DNA from: Alphaproteobacteria bacterium | Lineage (GTDB): Bacteria; Pseudomonadota; Alphaproteobacteria; UBA828 | Reading direction: 5' to 3' | DNA length: 64,000 nt | Assembly: GCA_965237415.1 (NCBI GenBank) | Contig: CBDEFM010000002.1 | Coordinates: 2,976,001-3,040,000, forward strand | Shown: piece after piece, positions 49,301-58,509 of the stretch | Layout: the number at the start of each line of letters is the position of its first letter | Position numbering within the stretch: position 1 is the first letter of the stretch | Program-made: the position numbers and the translations under genes | The notes under the pieces: model-generated | The model's database searches: none | Seen by the model: the letters and a program-made list of their open reading frames with translations, nothing else | Told to the model about the DNA's origin: nothing

Positions 49301-52300
49301 CGGCACGAGCCTGGCCTCGGAGGTCGACAGCGCCACCACCCCCGACATTTTGGGGCCGGTGCCGGTCTCGGCGAGCGTGGCCGAGACGGGGACCAAGCTC
49401 ACGATCGTCTTCAACGAGATGCTCGACGGGACGGCGGCGAACCTGCCGGCGGCCGGGCGTTTCACGGTCCGGGCCGGTGACGGGGCGCGGTTCAGGATCG
49501 GCGGCGTCGCGGTGAGCGGCACGGACGCGACCCTGAGCCTGCACGCGGACTCCCCCGTCATCCGGACGGGGCAGGCGCTCACGGTCGTCTACACCGACCG
49601 CACGGCGAGCGATGACGCGGCCGGGGTGGTCCAGGACGACGACGGCAACGACGCGGCGGCGTTCACGCTCGGGCCGGGGCAGACGGTCACGGTGACCAAC
49701 GGCTCGAACGAGCCCGCCACCGCCCCCGGCAAGCCGCAGAACGTCGAGGCGGAGTCCGGCGGCGACGACCGGATCGTGCTGACCTGGGATGCGCCGGCGG
49801 ACAATGGCGGGCGGGCGATCGCGGACTACCGGGTCGAGGTCTCGACCGACGGCAACCCGCCCTGGACCGAGCTGGCCGCCAGCCACAACACGATGACGGG
49901 CGGCCGGTTCGAATACACCCACACGGGCCTCGGCACCGGCGACGTGCGCCACTACCGGGTCTCGGCGCGCAACGCGATCGGCCGCGGGTCGGCCTCGGAC
50001 ACCGAGATGGGGGTGGTCGACCTGAAGGGCCGGGTGGTCCTCTCGGCCGCCGCAGCGAGCGTCGCCGAGGGCGGCAGCGTCGCCTGGACGGTGACGGCGA
50101 CGACGGACGAGGACGCGCGGCCCGAGAGCGGCCTCCAGATGCAGGTGACGGTGGTCTCGGAGGACGGCACGGCGGCGGCGCCGGGCGACTACGCGGCGCT
50201 CGAGGCGGCCGCCGGGACGGTGACCTTCCGGCGCTCGGACTTCCATCGCCGGAGCGTTCAGGACGTCGGCTATCGCTGGGTGGCCGTGAAGAGGGGCCCG
50301 GTTGCGGTGGCGATCGCCGACGACGTCGAGGTCGAGGCGGAGGAGAGTTTCGCGCTCACGATGTCGATCGGCAGCGGCGGCACCAGCTGGGTGCGCGGCA
50401 CGGACCGCGTGGAGGTCGCGATCCCGGACACGGACGAATGGGGTATCGCGGTGGTGGCGGAGCCGGCCGGGATCGCCGAGGGCGAGACCCGCGAGGTCGC
50501 GCTGACGGCGCGCATCGTGCTCGGCGACGGGACCGTGCCGGCCGAGGATGCCTGCGTGGCGCGGTTCCCGGTGAGCGTGCGGCTCGAGACCGGGGGCACG
50601 GCGACGGCGGGCACCGACTACACGCTCGACGGGGCGCTCGACGGGCAGACGATCGCGGCCTGCGGGGCGGAGGCGAGCTGGCGGGTGACGCTGACGGCGG
50701 CGGTGGACCGGGTGGACGACCCCGGCGAGACGGTGGCGTTCGCGCCGGAGCTCGTCGAGGCGCCGGAGACCGCGCCGGCGTTGCAGGCGCCGGCGGCGGT
50801 GACGGTGGGCGAGTCCCGGGGCGTGGTGCTGAGCGCGTTCGCGCTGGACGTCGAGGAGGGCGGCGAGGAGAGCTACACGGCGGTGCTGACCTCGCGGCCG
50901 ACGGGGACGGTGAGGCTGACGCCGAGGGTGTCGGGCGACCCGGACGTGACGGTCGAGCAGCCGCGGCTGACCTTCACGCGGGACAACTGGAACCAGCCGC
51001 AGACGCTGACGGTGCTGGCGGACCAGGACCCGGACGACGAGGACGACGCGGCAACGATAAGCCACGGCGTGACGGGCGCGGACTACGGCGCCAACGGGGT
51101 GACGGCGGGCGAGGTGCGGGTCGCGGTTCTGGACGACGACAAGACCTTCGGCGTGATGACGGTGCGCCTGTCGGACGGGGCGGACGGTGCGGGCACGCAC
51201 GATCCGGCGCCGGCCGAGCATCACGGGGAAGCGTTCCACATCGCGCTCTGGTGGTCGGAGACGCGGACCCACGATTATGAGGCGCCGCGAAAGGCGATCG
51301 GTGCGGACCGGGCGATCCGGGTGACCGGGGCGGCGGTGGTCCCGGTCAGGGACGAGCACACCGGCAGTTGGACCCAGTCGCGGCTGCGCCTCAAGCTGAC
51401 CCCGGACGGGACGGACGACGTGACGCTGGTGCTGGAGCCGATGGACTGCAGCTACCCCGACTGGAGGCAGCCGCGGCCCGACCCGCACGCGCTCTGCGCG
51501 TGGCGCCGTGACGGCCTGGGGATCACGGGGCTCCCGGAGCGGGTGCGCTGGACGGTGCACGGCATCGGCGCCGCGCCGGCGGCGCCGCCGAACCTGACGC
51601 TGGGCACGGACGAGATCCTGACGGTGCAGGCGGACGTGGTGGATTCGCGGACGGTGCTGGTGGCGGGCTTCGACGCCGATCGGGACGCGTCGCACTGGCG
51701 GGTCGAGGCGCAGGCGCCGGGCGGCGACTGGAGCGGCGCGCGGGTCTGGCGGGGCGCGAAGCACGGGAGCCGGCACAACGTGCGGCTCGACGGGCTGGCG
51801 CCCGACGGCGCCTGGGCGGTGCGGGCGCGCTGGGAGAACCGCTACGGCGCAGGGCCGTGGGCGGAGGTACGGACGACCGACGGGGTGGCGCCGCCGGCGC
51901 CGCGGGGGCTCGCGGCCGCGCCGGGGCCGGACGGGCGCTCGGTGCGGCTTACCTGGAGGCCCGCGAGCGCGGCCTCGGCGGCGCGCTACCAGTACCGGCT
52001 GGGCCGGCTCGCGCAGACGATGGCCGGGGGCTGGCTCGACATCCCGGACAGCGGTCCGGGGGCGGCGCACCGCGCCTCGTTCACGGTCCACGGGCTGGAG
52101 CGGGTCTGGGAGATCAAGGCGCAGCTGCGCGCGGTGAGCGCGTCGGGCCGGGCCGGGGCGGCCTCGGCCGAGGCGCGGGTGCCGGCGGCGCGGCCGAGGG
52201 TGCTGGATGAGGGCGTCGCGCTGACGTCGGATCCCGGCGAGGACGGGCGCTACGGCATCGGCGACCGGATCGAGGTGGCGGTGACGATGAGCCGCCCGGT

Positions 52301-54269
52301 GCGCCACGAGGGAGCGGCGCCGGTGGTGAAGCTCCGGATCGGCAACGAGACGCGCGATGCGGCGCTGGTCCGCATCCGCCAGCCCGGCACGGCGGGGATC
52401 GGGGATTCGGGCTATGGCAGCGGCGACACGCTCGTCTTCGCCTACACGGTGCGGCAAGACGACGAGGACATGGACGGGATCGCGATCCCGGCGAACGGGC
52501 TGCGGCTCAACGGCGGGCGCCTCGTCGACGCGAGCCCCGGCGGCCGCGGCGACGCGGCGGCGGTCGGGCTCGGCCGGGCGCGGCACTTCCCGGGGCACCG
52601 GGTGCAGGGGGTGCTGCCGCGGGTCACGGGCATCGAGCGGCTCGACAACAAGGTGTGGGTGCATTACGAGCGCGACCTCCAGCCGTGGACGCTCGATCCG
52701 GTCCTCCGGACCGGCGCGCTCGGGGGGCAGTTCCACCCGGGCTACTCGTTGTCGAGGCCGGTCTCGCATGCGGTGATCGACGCCCGGATCGTGCGCGGGC
52801 GCGGCTGGTCGCGGAACTGCGGGCGGACGGAGACCGGCTGCCGGACGGTCCGGCTGACGCTCGGCAGGGTCCACCGCGACGCGACGGGCGGGCCGGGTCG
52901 GGAGGGGGGCTACGAGGCGCCCGAGCCGGGCGAGACGGTGCGGATCTCCTACGCGCCGAGCCCGCACCATGCGAAGTACCGGCTGCGCGACGCGGCGGGC
53001 AACGAGGTGCCGGGGTTTGCCCCGGAGGTGGCGGTGCATCTGGCGCCGGGCAGCGCCCCGGTGCTCGCGGTGGACGACGGCGCGGGCCGGGAAGGAGTGG
53101 CCCCGGTCCGGTTCACGGTGCGGCTGGTGCCGGCGGCGACGTCGGAGGTCACGGTGGACTACATGACCGCCGACATGCCGGCGACGGTGCGGGCGCCCGC
53201 CGGGCGGGCGACCGCGGGCGTCGACTACGAGGCGAAGTCGGGCACGCTGGTGTTCGCGCCGAAGGAGACGGTGAAGACGATCGAGGTGACGGTCCTCGAG
53301 GACACGGCGGACGACAGCGGCGAGGTCTTCCGGCTGTTGCTGGCCAACCCGTCGGGTGCGGCGCTCGGCGACGCCGTGGCGACGGGGACGATCCGGAACG
53401 ACGAGCTGCTGACGGCGGCCTTCGGGTCGCTGCCGCCGAGCCATGACGGGGAGACGGCGTTCACGCTCGGGCTCGCGTTCAGCGAGGAGGTGGCGGTGAG
53501 CGCGCAGATGCTGCGCGACGCGGCGCTGCGCGTGACCGGCGGGTCGGTGACCGGGGTGCGGCAGGTCGATGCCGCGAGCACCCGGCGCTGGGAGATCGCG
53601 GTCGCGCCGTCGTCGGACGCTGCGGTGACGGTGGCGCTCGCGCCGCAGGCGAGCTGCGATGCGGTCGGCGCGGTCTGCACCGAAGACGGTCTGGGGCTGG
53701 ACCGGGCGGCCGAGGCGGCGGTGCCGGGGCCGGCGGCGCTGGAGGCGCCGGCGGTGGCGGGCGTGGCGCAGGTGGGCTCGACGCTCGAGGCGTCGGTCGC
53801 CGGGACGCCGGGCGGCGCGGTGACCTGGCAGTGGCTGCGCGGCGTCGAGGAGATCGCGGGGGCGGACGCGTCCGCCTACACGCCGGTGGCGGCGGACGTG
53901 GGCGCGCGGCTCTCGGTGCGGGCCGGGCGCGGCGGCGCGGCGGCGACCAGCGCACCGACGGCGCCGGTGTGGCCGGCGCCGGTCAACCCGCCGCTCGCTT
54001 CGGGCGAGGAGGAGCTGCTGTCGGCGGTGCTGACGCTGGGATCGCTGCAATCCAGCGTCCCGCTCGGCGGCTATCCACGAGGCGCGCGGTTTCCTCACGG
54101 ATGCGGCTGCGCTCATGGACGCGGCAAGGGCCGCGCGGGTCTTCGTCGAGGTGTACGAGGAAATACCTGCCGCCCGCGTGCAGCGGATCGTCGAGCGCGA
54201 AGACATCGCCGACATGGTCGCCGTCCAGGCATATGCGGGATTCCTCCGGGGCGACGCGGCGGAAGCTGA
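46317..54269 (+). CDS. Giant secreted adhesin-like protein (FN3, SwmB-like, Calx-beta repeats), C-terminally truncated near 54075
   Basis: Signal peptide FLLLLLAAVCAFSPRAEA; repeated P.APTGL..L.W..P..GYRIE.S..TRHYRV.A.N (FN3), FNE.LD...V.YTD...QD..GND (SwmB), ATAGVDY..SGTLVF (Calx-beta); last ~65 aa are non-homologous; start approximate. Confidence 0.85.
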   Translation: MTGAGAPARGVRPAPAPAGAARRAGARLASFLLLLLAAVCAFSPRAEAQPAAMDSTPMVTTFVDNTAESRLGASDIFTDGESAQSFTTGMNAGGYVLSSIEIVSTAQNKAFSVEVHTTDADGGPDTLFATLTAPSDFSVADVEFTATANTVLAANTTYAVFLPEPSGLDAFLSATLSNTDGGSDGWGIGDAYHFYNTGTSAWQLAGSGRSLRMAVKGTAVASSGSNPATGLPAVTGTARVGSTVTASTALIRDADGLTGPAYEYQWLRVDGGSDTEISGATGRTYELTADDAGKRVRVRVSFTDDALNEETLTSSAFPRTGTIAMPVPAMTDPSDLLSATLTVKDVASQYLGCSGGTSASQVSCKNTDVLTARGFTVPGTTTTRNIDTIQLSTGGGLIVSFDGSFTDEQKARLAIAFGTTELDLSDATFSGNEARWTGTGLSWTADDTVAVKVKDRGTGDVTPPALNLQGSFVNSHGQNFFLQFNEVLDGDNLPPPSAVTVTVDSSPVAVTGISRLSGTLIVDVSPVILAAQTVVVTYTDPTPGDDAQAIQDAAGNDVATFENVAVRNGSTVTGVPGAPTGLTATKAAGANRGTQIDLAWDEPSDTGLSQISGYRIEWSADGNAPWADLVPDTGSTDRTYPDSGLPSPTTRHYRVSAINQQGTGSPSGIADATTDDTVGPVLESPEVSGTGTQLELRFNEAFPSPDAPPKTAFTVTADGAPVDIGHTGVTGNSGILLNVLSPTIRQGQTVVVTYTDPNPGSNDATGVIQDTSGNDAASFTTGAGGVPAVVNSSTQAPTAPGKVPNLAAAPGGDTSIVLTWDRPADNGGRVIESYRIEVSEDVDPLVWQELEDEHDAMKDGAIERRYEHPGLDPATTRHYRVRAKNAVGDGDWSDEDGATTTSGAPDAPTGLTATPGLPSPRDGTTLIRLGWDAPTLAQEGDSRITGYRIEVSEDVDPLVWEALVPDTGNRNRVYRHTGLGSEVTRHYRVFAINDDGTSLASEVDSATTPDILGPVPVSASVAETGTKLTIVFNEMLDGTAANLPAAGRFTVRAGDGARFRIGGVAVSGTDATLSLHADSPVIRTGQALTVVYTDRTASDDAAGVVQDDDGNDAAAFTLGPGQTVTVTNGSNEPATAPGKPQNVEAESGGDDRIVLTWDAPADNGGRAIADYRVEVSTDGNPPWTELAASHNTMTGGRFEYTHTGLGTGDVRHYRVSARNAIGRGSASDTEMGVVDLKGRVVLSAAAASVAEGGSVAWTVTATTDEDARPESGLQMQVTVVSEDGTAAAPGDYAALEAAAGTVTFRRSDFHRRSVQDVGYRWVAVKRGPVAVAIADDVEVEAEESFALTMSIGSGGTSWVRGTDRVEVAIPDTDEWGIAVVAEPAGIAEGETREVALTARIVLGDGTVPAEDACVARFPVSVRLETGGTATAGTDYTLDGALDGQTIAACGAEASWRVTLTAAVDRVDDPGETVAFAPELVEAPETAPALQAPAAVTVGESRGVVLSAFALDVEEGGEESYTAVLTSRPTGTVRLTPRVSGDPDVTVEQPRLTFTRDNWNQPQTLTVLADQDPDDEDDAATISHGVTGADYGANGVTAGEVRVAVLDDDKTFGVMTVRLSDGADGAGTHDPAPAEHHGEAFHIALWWSETRTHDYEAPRKAIGADRAIRVTGAAVVPVRDEHTGSWTQSRLRLKLTPDGTDDVTLVLEPMDCSYPDWRQPRPDPHALCAWRRDGLGITGLPERVRWTVHGIGAAPAAPPNLTLGTDEILTVQADVVDSRTVLVAGFDADRDASHWRVEAQAPGGDWSGARVWRGAKHGSRHNVRLDGLAPDGAWAVRARWENRYGAGPWAEVRTTDGVAPPAPRGLAAAPGPDGRSVRLTWRPASAASAARYQYRLGRLAQTMAGGWLDIPDSGPGAAHRASFTVHGLERVWEIKAQLRAVSASGRAGAASAEARVPAARPRVLDEGVALTSDPGEDGRYGIGDRIEVAVTMSRPVRHEGAAPVVKLRIGNETRDAALVRIRQPGTAGIGDSGYGSGDTLVFAYTVRQDDEDMDGIAIPANGLRLNGGRLVDASPGGRGDAAAVGLGRARHFPGHRVQGVLPRVTGIERLDNKVWVHYERDLQPWTLDPVLRTGALGGQFHPGYSLSRPVSHAVIDARIVRGRGWSRNCGRTETGCRTVRLTLGRVHRDATGGPGREGGYEAPEPGETVRISYAPSPHHAKYRLRDAAGNEVPGFAPEVAVHLAPGSAPVLAVDDGAGREGVAPVRFTVRLVPAATSEVTVDYMTADMPATVRAPAGRATAGVDYEAKSGTLVFAPKETVKTIEVTVLEDTADDSGEVFRLLLANPSGAALGDAVATGTIRNDELLTAAFGSLPPSHDGETAFTLGLAFSEEVAVSAQMLRDAALRVTGGSVTGVRQVDAASTRRWEIAVAPSSDAAVTVALAPQASCDAVGAVCTEDGLGLDRAAEAAVPGPAALEAPAVAGVAQVGSTLEASVAGTPGGAVTWQWLRGVEEIAGADASAYTPVAADVGARLSVRAGRGGAAATSAPTAPVWPAPVNPPLASGEEELLSAVLTLGSLQSSVPLGGYPRGARFPHGCGCAHGRGKGRAGLRRGVRGNTCRPRAADRRARRHRRHGRRPGICGIPPGRRGGS

Positions 54270-54279
54270 GGCCGCTCAT
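54075..54279 (-). pseudogene. Small hypothetical protein, 3'-truncated at the adhesin junction
   Basis: MSGLSFRRVAPEESRICLDGDHVGDV..; ATGA overlap with the DUF4326 gene. Confidence 0.5.
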
Positions 54280-54632
54280 GACGCGCTCCCGCCAGCTTGG
54301 GGCGCATCGCGTTCGGCGAGAATGCCAGCGGCCCAGGCCGCGGCGCGGGCCAGAACCTCGCCGTGGCAGGGCCGCGGAAGACACCAGCACGCGTACCAAC
54401 ATCCCGCGATTTCGGCGAGCTCTTCGAGCGCGATCTCGCCGGCGCGGACGCGGCGCCAGAGATCGACGCGGTAGCGCGCGATCACGTCTTCGCGCGATCC
54501 GTCTACGCCTACCCTGAACGGATTGCCCCATTTCGTGCGGCGATCGATCAGCACGGTGTTGTTGTGCACGTGAGCGTATTCGAACGCCTCGCGGAGCTTC
54601 GGTTCTTGCCTCAGATTGATGACGGCGCTCAT
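54276..54632 (-). CDS. DUF4326 family protein
   Basis: IDRRTKWGNPF, CWCLPRPCHGEVL. Confidence 0.88.
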   Translation of the reverse strand: MSAVINLRQEPKLREAFEYAHVHNNTVLIDRRTKWGNPFRVGVDGSREDVIARYRVDLWRRVRAGEIALEELAEIAGCWYACWCLPRPCHGEVLARAAAWAAGILAERDAPQAGGSAS

Positions 54633-54658
54633 GGACTCTCTCCTCTCTCCGGGTGGCC

Positions 54659-55696
54659 TTACCCGGCACTCCGCTCTCCTCTCCTCCCCGCGAAGCGGAC
54701 CAGCGGCGCGAGCCTGGCGCGGAGCGCCGGCGCACCGAGCGACGTGAGGTCGTCGTTGAAGTCGTTGCCCACGGGGACGACGATGGTGGCGGCGACGCCG
54801 GCCCGCGCAGAGCGCCGGGCGAGGCGCTCGGCCGCGAGCGCGCCGTCCGGATCGTTGTCCCGCGCGATGACGATGCGCGCGACGCCGGGCGGCGGCGCGA
54901 ACGCGCCGAGGCTGCCGGCCGACAGCGCCGCCGCGGCGCCGATCTCCGGCATGGCGGTGATGAGGGACAGCACCGTCTCGATCCCCTCGCCGACGACGAG
55001 CGAAGCGAGTCCGTCGGCGGGGACGGCGCCGAAGCGGACCGCATGACCGAAGATCCGCCCGAGCGCCTTGCGCGGGTTCGTGACGCTCGCCTTGGCCGGC
55101 CGGCGCGGGTCCAGCCAGGTGCGCTGGACGCCGAGGATGGCACCGTCACCCGAGCCTTCCCCGCCGTCGCCGGTGACGGCGGCGACCAGCGCCGGAAACC
55201 GGCGCACTGACGAGCCTTCGCGATAGCGAAGCTCGGGATGGAAGCGAAGCGCCGCGAAGCGGCAGCGCGACAGCCCGCGCGCGTGCAGATAGCGCTCGGC
55301 ATGGCTGCCGGCGATGGCGCGGCATTGCCGCCACAGGCGGCGTGCCGCCTCGGTGGCGTCGTAGTCGCCGCCGCTGTCTATCGCCGGCGCAGCCGGCAGG
55401 GCGAGGAAGGCGCGCGCCTCGTCGAGCGCCGCGCGCAGCGACGGCGCGCGGGTGCGGTGGCGGATGAGGTCGAGGAGATCGCCATGCTGCCCCGTCGCGG
55501 CATCGGTCCACTTGCCGGGCGTTCCCGAGCCGGAGAGGCGGACGAACAGCGAGCGGCCGCGGGCGCCGTCGAGATCTCCCGCCACCCAGTAGCGGCCGAG
55601 CTTGCGGCCGTGCGGGAGGTAGCGCCGGCAAACGGCTTCGGCCTGCAGGCCGAGCGCGGCGGCGATGCCGGCGGCGGGAGACGGTTCGTGCTGCAT
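54659..55696 (-). CDS. Toprim-domain primase-like protein (plasmid/ICE type)
   Basis: GKWTDAATGQHGDLLDLI, AERYL..RGL, GVQRTWLD, GEGIETVLS, ARDND.DG, DFNDDL. Confidence 0.85.
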   Translation of the reverse strand: MQHEPSPAAGIAAALGLQAEAVCRRYLPHGRKLGRYWVAGDLDGARGRSLFVRLSGSGTPGKWTDAATGQHGDLLDLIRHRTRAPSLRAALDEARAFLALPAAPAIDSGGDYDATEAARRLWRQCRAIAGSHAERYLHARGLSRCRFAALRFHPELRYREGSSVRRFPALVAAVTGDGGEGSGDGAILGVQRTWLDPRRPAKASVTNPRKALGRIFGHAVRFGAVPADGLASLVVGEGIETVLSLITAMPEIGAAAALSAGSLGAFAPPPGVARIVIARDNDPDGALAAERLARRSARAGVAATIVVPVGNDFNDDLTSLGAPALRARLAPLVRFAGRRGERSAG

Positions 55697-55882
55697 GCGG
55701 GACTCCTTCCGATCCGTGCGGGACGCCCGATACCGGCCGGCCTCCTCTCAGGCCGGCGCCGGAGGGCGAGCGGCCAGCGCGAGGCGCGGGCGCGCGGCCC
55801 GAACGGACCGGGCTCCCCATCGGCGGGATAGAAGAGGCCGGCGCGCGAAGCGCCGGCCGGGAAGGACGGGAGCGCGCGCCGG

Positions 55883-56386
55883 TCAGGCGCAGGGCGCGTC
55901 GGCAAGCCGGCCGACGCGTATCCGGCCGGTCCACGCGGCGGACCGCGCAGGGGCATCGCCGTCGCGCAGCTGCTGGCGCAGCTCCATCCAGAGCCGCCCC
56001 AGCACGTTCTCGCCGCGGTAGCTGTCGCCCGCCGGCTTCGCGCCCCACCAGGGGTCGCGGGTCGAGACCTCCACGATCGGGCGCTCGCCGGTGCGCGCCA
56101 GCGCGTCGTCGATCCCGGCCGCGTTGGCCTCGCGCTTCATGCGCAGCACCCAGCGCATCGCGTTCACGCGCTGCGCGTTCCAGCAGGGGTCCATGCCGAT
56201 GCCGGTGCCGCGCCCGATGCCGGCCGCCTCGCGCGCCGTCGGGGCGTTCACGATCCGACGCTGCACCTCCGGGGCGGCGCCGAACTTCGCCGCCTGGTAC
56301 AAGTGCTCCGACGTTGGAAACGACCACGGGCCGGCGAAGCGGCCCGCGCGCGCAGTGTTGGATCCCGGGCGGCAGGCCGCCCGGCG
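55883..56386 (-). CDS. NADAR (YbiA-like) domain; no start codon before the PTSEH motif, in frame with the macro-domain stop
   Basis: SN-x13-PTSEHLYQAAKF, MRWVLRMK, TGERPIVE..RDPWWG, GENVLGRLWMELR. Confidence 0.75.
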   Translation of the reverse strand, partial: RRAACRPGSNTARAGRFAGPWSFPTSEHLYQAAKFGAAPEVQRRIVNAPTAREAAGIGRGTGIGMDPCWNAQRVNAMRWVLRMKREANAAGIDDALARTGERPIVEVSTRDPWWGAKPAGDSYRGENVLGRLWMELRQQLRDGDAPARSAAWTGRIRVGRLADAPCA

Positions 56387-56842
56387 TTACCGTCGGGCAG
56401 GTTCGTGGATGACGATCGAGACGCGCTCGCATGGCGCGAGGCGGTCGACCAGCAGGGACCGGACCGGGGGCCAGGGCAATCCGCCCAGGCCGCATCCGAG
56501 CGGCGGGATCGCGACGGAGAGGATGGCGCGGCGGCGGAGGATGCCGGCGAGGTCGTCGAGGCCATCGGCGATGTCCTCGATGCGGCTGCGGTCGCGCCAG
56601 TGGCGCTTGGTCGGGAAGTTGACGACGAAACGCGGCCGCTCGGCGCCGGTGTCGAAGACGAAGCAGCGCCGGGGCCGGACCTCGCGGCGCGCGCAGGCGT
56701 TCCGGTAAGCCTCGAAATTGGCCGGGAAACGATGCCTGAACTGGAGGGCGAGTCCCTTGCCCATGACGCCGACGCAGTTGACGGGATTGACGAGGGCCTG
56801 GCAACCGGAGTCGAAGATGTTGCCCTGGGTGAAACGGATCAT
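56387..56842 (-). CDS. DarG-like macro domain (ADP-ribose glycohydrolase)
   Basis: GNIF..ALVNPVNCVGVMGKGLALQF, NFPTKRHW (DarG catalytic Lys context), PPLGCGLGGL.W. Confidence 0.9.
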   Translation of the reverse strand: MIRFTQGNIFDSGCQALVNPVNCVGVMGKGLALQFRHRFPANFEAYRNACARREVRPRRCFVFDTGAERPRFVVNFPTKRHWRDRSRIEDIADGLDDLAGILRRRAILSVAIPPLGCGLGGLPWPPVRSLLVDRLAPCERVSIVIHEPARR

Positions 56843-56891
56843 GGCGTAACTCCTGGCAGGGGAAGATTGAAGAAGACCGGCGGCGCCCGGC

Positions 56892-57476
56892 TCACGGACG
56901 ACCGGCGCCGGAAGCCAGCGTTCGGAAGGTGGCGGAGACGCGGGTCGAGCGGCGGCGCCCGCCGGCGGTCCGGTCGATGCCGTGCATCCATGCGGTGCGC
57001 GCGGGGCCCGCGAGCACCAGCACGGAGCGTCGGGGCAGCACCGCGACCTCGTCGCCGGGAAGTGCATCGCGGGCGTAGGGGCGCACGGCGCGGCGTCGGA
57101 ACTGCATCGGCCAGTCGTCGGCGAGCGAGAGCGACGCCACGACCGGGCCGAAATCGGCGTGGTCGGCGTGCATCCCGATGCCCTGGCCGGGGCGGTACTC
57201 GTTGACGATGCACTGCACCGGGAGCACGCCCCCGAAATGCTCGCGCAGCCGCTCGGCCATGATCTCCTCCCAGCGCGGGAACGGCGCGGCGGGGACCGGG
57301 CGGCTCGCGCCCCGGTAGTCGTAGCGGTAGCCGTAATGCTGCACCCGGCGGTTCAGCTCGGCGAGCCAGGGCGCCTCGCCGATGCGCTGGAGGATGCGGG
57401 CCTCCTCGGCCGGGGTGACGAAGTCGGGGACGATGACGGCCCCCTGGGCGAAGACGCTCGTGGTGTCGCGGGTCAT
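56892..57476 (-). CDS. AlkB-family Fe(II)/2OG dioxygenase
   Basis: RRVQHYGYRYDY, QCIVNEY.PGQGIGMHAD, WMHGI, RVSATFR. Confidence 0.9.
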   Translation of the reverse strand: MTRDTTSVFAQGAVIVPDFVTPAEEARILQRIGEAPWLAELNRRVQHYGYRYDYRGASRPVPAAPFPRWEEIMAERLREHFGGVLPVQCIVNEYRPGQGIGMHADHADFGPVVASLSLADDWPMQFRRRAVRPYARDALPGDEVAVLPRRSVLVLAGPARTAWMHGIDRTAGGRRRSTRVSATFRTLASGAGRP

Positions 57477-57652
57477 GCTCTCTCTCCCGATGCAAGCGAA
57501 CGCCTTAGACACGCTTCCCTCCTCCTCCGGCAGCGGAGACGCACCGGAGGGTCATCGCAGCGGGGGACTCCAGGCCGTTTGCAAAAGGGGGGCCGGCGCG
57601 GAGGCACCGGCCCCAGTCGGGAGGGAGGAAACGAAACGATGACGACCGATCG

Positions 57653-58105
57653 CTAGAACGGAATTTCGGACCCGTCGTCGATATCGGCCGGAGCGGCGGC
57701 GCCGGTGTCGCCCGCCATGGCGGGGTCGGCCTGCGCCGGGGCACCGTTGCCGTTCGGCTTGTCCAAGAACTGGACGCGTCCGCCGGGGACGAGCAGGATC
57801 TCGGTGGAGAACCGGTCGCCGTCCTCGTCCGTCTTCGACCAGCGCCGCGTCTGCAGCTTGCCGTCGATGTAGACCAGGCGGCCCTTGGTGGCGTGCTTGA
57901 CGAACATGTCAATCAGCCCGTCCTGGAAGGTGACGACCCTGTGCCACTCGGTCTTGTCGACCTTGTCGCCGGTCTGGCGATTTATGTAGCTCTCGTCGGT
58001 CGCGATGCTCAGATTGGCGACGCGGCCGCCGCTCATGAGCTGGTTGACGGTGACGTCGGCGCCGAGGCGGCCGATCAGCTCGACCCTGTTGAGTCCGAAT
58101 GCCAT
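57653..58105 (-). CDS. ssb: Single-stranded DNA-binding protein
   Basis: LNRVELIGRLGAD, TEWHRVV, GKLQTR.W, acidic tail ending EIPF. Confidence 0.95.
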   Translation of the reverse strand: MAFGLNRVELIGRLGADVTVNQLMSGGRVANLSIATDESYINRQTGDKVDKTEWHRVVTFQDGLIDMFVKHATKGRLVYIDGKLQTRRWSKTDEDGDRFSTEILLVPGGRVQFLDKPNGNGAPAQADPAMAGDTGAAAPADIDDGSEIPF

Positions 58106-58208
58106 GGGGTATCTCCTTCATGGACTGGATGATGACGATGGGTGATGAACGTCGGGGACCGGGATCACTCTCCCGAACCCCCTTCGTTCACTCTTCTCAA
58201 GCCCTCCT

Positions 58209-58409
58209 CTAACTCCAGGCTGCCGCGCGGGACGGCATGGCCGGGAAGAGGTCCGCGAACCGGCGTTCGGGAAACGACACGCCCCGGTCGGGACAGCGCA
58301 TGGCGCGATCGTCCTCGATGGTCTCGCGGATGGTCTGGGGATTGAGCCCGATCTCGGCCAGCAGTTGGTTGCCGGTCGGGACGTCGGAATGGAAGTCGGG
58401 AAGAAACAT
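58209..58409 (-). CDS. Small hypothetical protein
   Basis: 66 aa with AGGAG RBS, co-oriented in the cassette. Confidence 0.5.
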   Translation of the reverse strand: MFLPDFHSDVPTGNQLLAEIGLNPQTIRETIEDDRAMRCPDRGVSFPERRFADLFPAMPSRAAAWS

Positions 58410-58509
58410 GGGTTTGGTCTCCTGTCCGGAATGCCAGCCCGGCATCGGTTCGGGAGACCCTCTCTCACCGACCCTGCCGGGCTTGCCCGGCGCACGCTGT
58501 TCTCGAACT

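Noticed and set aside
48522-54215. 1897-aa minus-strand ORF and other long antisense ORFs (e.g. 7976-9718, 12234-13892, 21145-22500)
   Set aside because: Arg/Pro-rich shadow frames of real high-GC genes; no motifs
57495-57650. Possible Frpo-like ssDNA promoter hairpin between ssb and alkB
   Set aside because: End complementarity is imperfect and no -35/-10 elements are discernible; needs a folding calculation
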